NCBI GenBank assembly: GCA_963803975.1
Contig: CAWDOY010000034.1
Coordinates: 1 to 53,096, forward strand
DNA: 53,096 nt
From: an uncultured delta proteobacterium
GTDB taxonomy: Bacteria > Desulfobacterota > WTBG01 > CAIYCZ01
Direction: 5' to 3'
Shown: piece after piece, positions 49,818 through 53,096 of the stretch
Numbering within the stretch: the stretch's first letter is position 1
How the letters are laid out: every line of letters begins with the position of its first letter
Program-made: the position numbers and the translations under genes
The notes under the pieces: model-generated
Database searches by the model: none
What the model saw: the letters and a program-made list of their open reading frames with translations, nothing else
What the model was told of the DNA's origin: nothing

Positions 49818-52554
49818 ATGTCAAAAGACTTTAATTATAAAAAACGTCCAGGAAATAGATCCAGGAATAAAGATTCCGAACGTATGTCACATAGCGACTC
49901 GGGGACATTTGTGCCCCGGGCGGACAGCAAGCTGAGGAAAGTTTTTCTCGGAAATAGGGATTCCTGAGCAAAGCGCCTTTGTGGCTGATGATTTTCAGGT
50001 CGAGGCAATTGAAAAGATAAGAGCCACGGATGTCATAGTAAGCGCGCCGACCGGAAGCGGCAAGACCTGGATTGCTGTTCAGGCCATGAAGGAAATGCTG
50101 TCCTCAGGGAAGCGCTCCTGGTACGCCTCTCCGCTCAAAGCTCTTTCCAATTCAAAATACCAGGAATTCAGCGAGGAGTTCGGCGCGGACCATGTGGGGA
50201 TACTGACCGGCGACCGGAAAGAGAACACTGACGCGCGGATTATAGTTGGTACTACCGAGATATTGCGCAACCATCTCTATGATTCGATGCATACCGGTGA
50301 AGATTTCCCGGCTGATCTCGTGGTGTTGGATGAGGCGCATTATCTGGGCGACATAGACCGCGGCGTGGTATGGGAAGAGGTCATGATTTACCTGCCGCGC
50401 AGGGTGCGGCTTCTGCTTCTATCAGCTACCATTCAGAATGACCGCGAAATAGCCCAATGGCTCTCGGTTATCAGAAAAAGCCGCTGCAGCGTGGTGCATC
50501 ATGAAAAGCGCACCGTTCCCATCTACCCTCTCTATCTTTTTCCCACCGGCGAGATTGTTCCGCTATCAGGGCTCGACGGCATATCACCCAAGATACGGGA
50601 TTTTTTAGTGCACTCCCCGGGAGACCGTTTCCGCAGGGGATCGCAGCGGCTCCCCTTTGGCAGAATACTTGATGCCATGGAAGAGTTCAACCTGCTGCCA
50701 GCGATATTTTTTCTCAAATCGCGCGAGGACTGTAATAACGCGGTTTTCACCTGCGCTCACCGGCAGATGAGTATTAAACGCAGGAAGCAGCTTGAGGAGC
50801 GCATCTCCGGGTTGATTGAAGAATACCCTTTTCTGGAGAACCATCCCCAGCTTTCCTGGATACGGGAGCATGGGGTAGGGGCCCACCACGGCGGGCAGCT
50901 CCCCCACTGGAAGATTGTTGTTGAGAAGCTGATGAATGAAGGCTATCTCGACGCGATATTTTCAACTTCAACAGTGGCGGCGGGAGTAAATTTCCCCGCG
51001 CGGACCGTGGTCCTGGTGCAGAGCGATCGGTTTAACGGCAAGGAATTTGTTGACCTGACCGCGATGGAGCTTCATCAGGCGGTTGGCAGGGCAGGCCGCA
51101 GGGGAAAAGATAAAATCGGCTTTGCCCTGGTGGTCCACGGCCCGTTTCAAAACCCTCATCTTATTGATGCCCTGCTTGACTCCCATCCCGAGCCGATAAA
51201 AAGCCAGATTAAAATAAATTTTTCCATGGCTCTGAATCTTCTGTTAAGCCACTCACCTGACGAAATCCGGGAGCTGCTTTCCTACTCATATGCGACTTTC
51301 CAGAACATGGACCAGCTGAAAGGCCTTGAAGACCGGCGCGAAGACCTGGTCAGCAAGCTGATGCAAAAAATGGAAGGGTGCGGCTGTGAAAGCTATGATG
51401 ATATCATTCAGCTGGTGCAGAAACGAAAGGAAGGGTACCAGCTGCTGGGGAAAATGGAAAAGCGGCGCAGGACGTTTGTCGAGGAACTGTTCAAGGAGCA
51501 GCATCTATACCGGGGAAAGCTTTTTCAGGACAGCAACGGGAAGCTCTATTGCGCGCTGGGCATCGTGACGGACCGGGGGGAAACAGTGTGCGAGTGCCTT
51601 AAGGTAAAGGGCTCAATTAAGTCGCGCCTGGGGAGTGTTAAAAAATCAAAAATCCCCATGAGCAGAATCAAGCATATTTTAGACGGATCGCTCCTGCTGC
51701 CGGAAGATCTGGGAGCGGAGGAGTGGGCTGAAATTCGCGCCACGATCGACGCAATGCACTATGAGCCGCTGCCGTATCCCCGCACTTTTGAGAAAGAGCA
51801 CGAGCAGGAATTCAGCGAGCTGCTTGAGCGCATTAAAAATCTGGAGAAGGAGCTTAAAGAGCTTCCCTGTAAAGGGTGTTCACATTTTTCCCAGTGCCAC
51901 GAAGGTAAAAAGAACCACTTTATCAAAAACGTGGAACGGGTGCGTGAGGCCACGATGGAGCTTGAGGACGCCCGCAATGCCTTATGGAAAGAATTTGAGC
52001 GGCATCTGCAGTTTGTAATACTGAACGGCTTTGCCGGCAAAGACGGCAAGCTTACAGAAGACGGCCTGTGGGCGGCGCAGCTGCGCATCGACCAGCCCCT
52101 GATGATCGCGGAGCTTATCCGCAAAGGCATACTGAATGATTTGAAGCCGGAGCTTTTGTGCGGTGTTATTGCTCCCTTTGTGAATGACAAATTCAGGGAT
52201 TTGCAAATTGATTCAGCACTATCCTGGGATAGGGCGTCACTTGCAGAAGCATTTGCAACAATGAAAAAAGCGCTTGATGACCTGATGGCCCTGAACAAGA
52301 AACATGGCTTTGACGTTCCGCTCGTTCAGTTCTGGCCGGCTGTCGCCATGTATGCGTGGGCGGGCGGGATGAGCTGGGAAGACGTGATGCGGCTGACTTC
52401 CGTCGATGAGGGAGACCTGGCAATGCTTGTCTTTCGCACGGCTGATAACCTGCGCCAGATTGTTGCCCTGGAAGGGACGCATCCCCAGCTTGCGGTTAAG
52501 GCCCGGAAAGCGGTGCAGCTGGTTCTGCGGGAACCGGTGGTCATCCTGACATAG
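49818..52554 (+). CDS. Ski2/HelY-like DEAD/DEAH-box helicase; N-terminus (49818-49945) frameshifted
   Basis: APTGSGKT, SPLKALSN, DEAH, LSAT, HHGG, GVNFPARTV, GRAGRRG, DSHCT-like DEGDL; upstream ATG 49818 joins via VFSEIGIPEQSAF. Confidence 0.9.
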
Positions 52555-52594
52555 TGGGGACGCTGGCTTTGGCAGACGGGCTGTAAAATTATCC

Positions 52595-53095
52595 TCACTC
52601 CTGGTAGCCGCAGTATATGGGGTTGGTCAAAGCCAGCACCCGGCCGTATAAAAGGTGCTGAACCAGGGTGGCATCAGGTTTGCCGATAAGCTCCACTCGA
52701 TACCAGTCTCCAGCGATGGGACGGTCTTTGAATGTGAACGACTGCTCATCGCCCTTTACAATCCAAGCTTTAAACAGATCCCCGCTTTTATAAACGCAAA
52801 CGCCACGCAGGCTCTGCTTATTACTGTCATCACCTATAGCAGCAGCGCTCAGTACCTCTTCCATGCTCAGCTGGCCCCGCGCCACCATTGCGATAAGAGC
52901 AGTGCCCAGCTCAAAGCTTGTCCCCGTGTTGTTCTGCCCATTGCTGCCTGACCGCACGATGAATGAAACCTCGCGATCAGTGTCAACAATATTGTCCCCC
53001 ATCATCACATCATCTGTTCCGTCTTCGTCAATATCGGCTGAGAAATCGAGCCGGGGGGCGTCAGGCGCAAAGCTTATTGAAACATGGCCTGCCCT
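52595..53095 (-). CDS. C-terminal part of a probable CehA/McbA-like PHP metallohydrolase; 5' end lies outside the window
   Basis: Frame open to the window edge (RAGHVSISFAPDAPRLDFSAD...MMGD); C-terminal WYRVEL...ALTNPIY. Confidence 0.6.
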   Translation of the reverse strand, partial: RAGHVSISFAPDAPRLDFSADIDEDGTDDVMMGDNIVDTDREVSFIVRSGSNGQNNTGTSFELGTALIAMVARGQLSMEEVLSAAAIGDDSNKQSLRGVCVYKSGDLFKAWIVKGDEQSFTFKDRPIAGDWYRVELIGKPDATLVQHLLYGRVLALTNPIYCGYQE

Positions 53096-53096
53096 G

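Noticed and set aside
49818..52554. Helicase as part of an antiphage defence system
   Set aside because: Stand-alone HelY/Ski2-like architecture with no neighbouring nuclease, methylase or other defence genes

Overview
Bacterial chromosomal segment. Gene content and style suggest an anaerobic Desulfobacterota/deltaproteobacterium-like organism (inference). It looks like an uncorrected long-read assembly, because many genes carry single-base frameshifts. From left to right it holds: (1) an AT-rich algI/algJ-type O-acetylation pair; (2) a very large Tat-exported multicopper oxidase with C-terminal DUF4214-like repeats, next to secreted Ig-fold proteins; (3) a RAYT transposase remnant, then a nosZ-less NosL / small protein / MacB-LolE-type ABC / Cys-motif membrane protein operon and cusBA; (4) a GT2 + DUF2304 pair divergent from a TMTC-like GT-C/TPR protein; (5) cyclophilin; (6) an orphan fliA - sensorless histidine kinase - flgM module with sigma54-like and sigma28 promoters (flgM is missed by the ORF track); (7) amrS, rlmD, a MoaD/ThiS-lpdD-ubiX operon, ctpA with a truncated yibQ-like gene, and three methyltransferases; (8) hypCDEABF, an amidohydrolase and an archaeal-type glyA; (9) an mvhD-fdhB-like-fdhA-hdrACB operon in which both FdhA and HdrA have an in-frame TGA followed by a SECIS-like hairpin (selenoproteins); (10) a Ski2/HelY-like helicase and a partial PHP-type hydrolase. 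No rRNA, tRNA or CRISPR array was seen. All family calls come from motif recognition by eye, not database searches.
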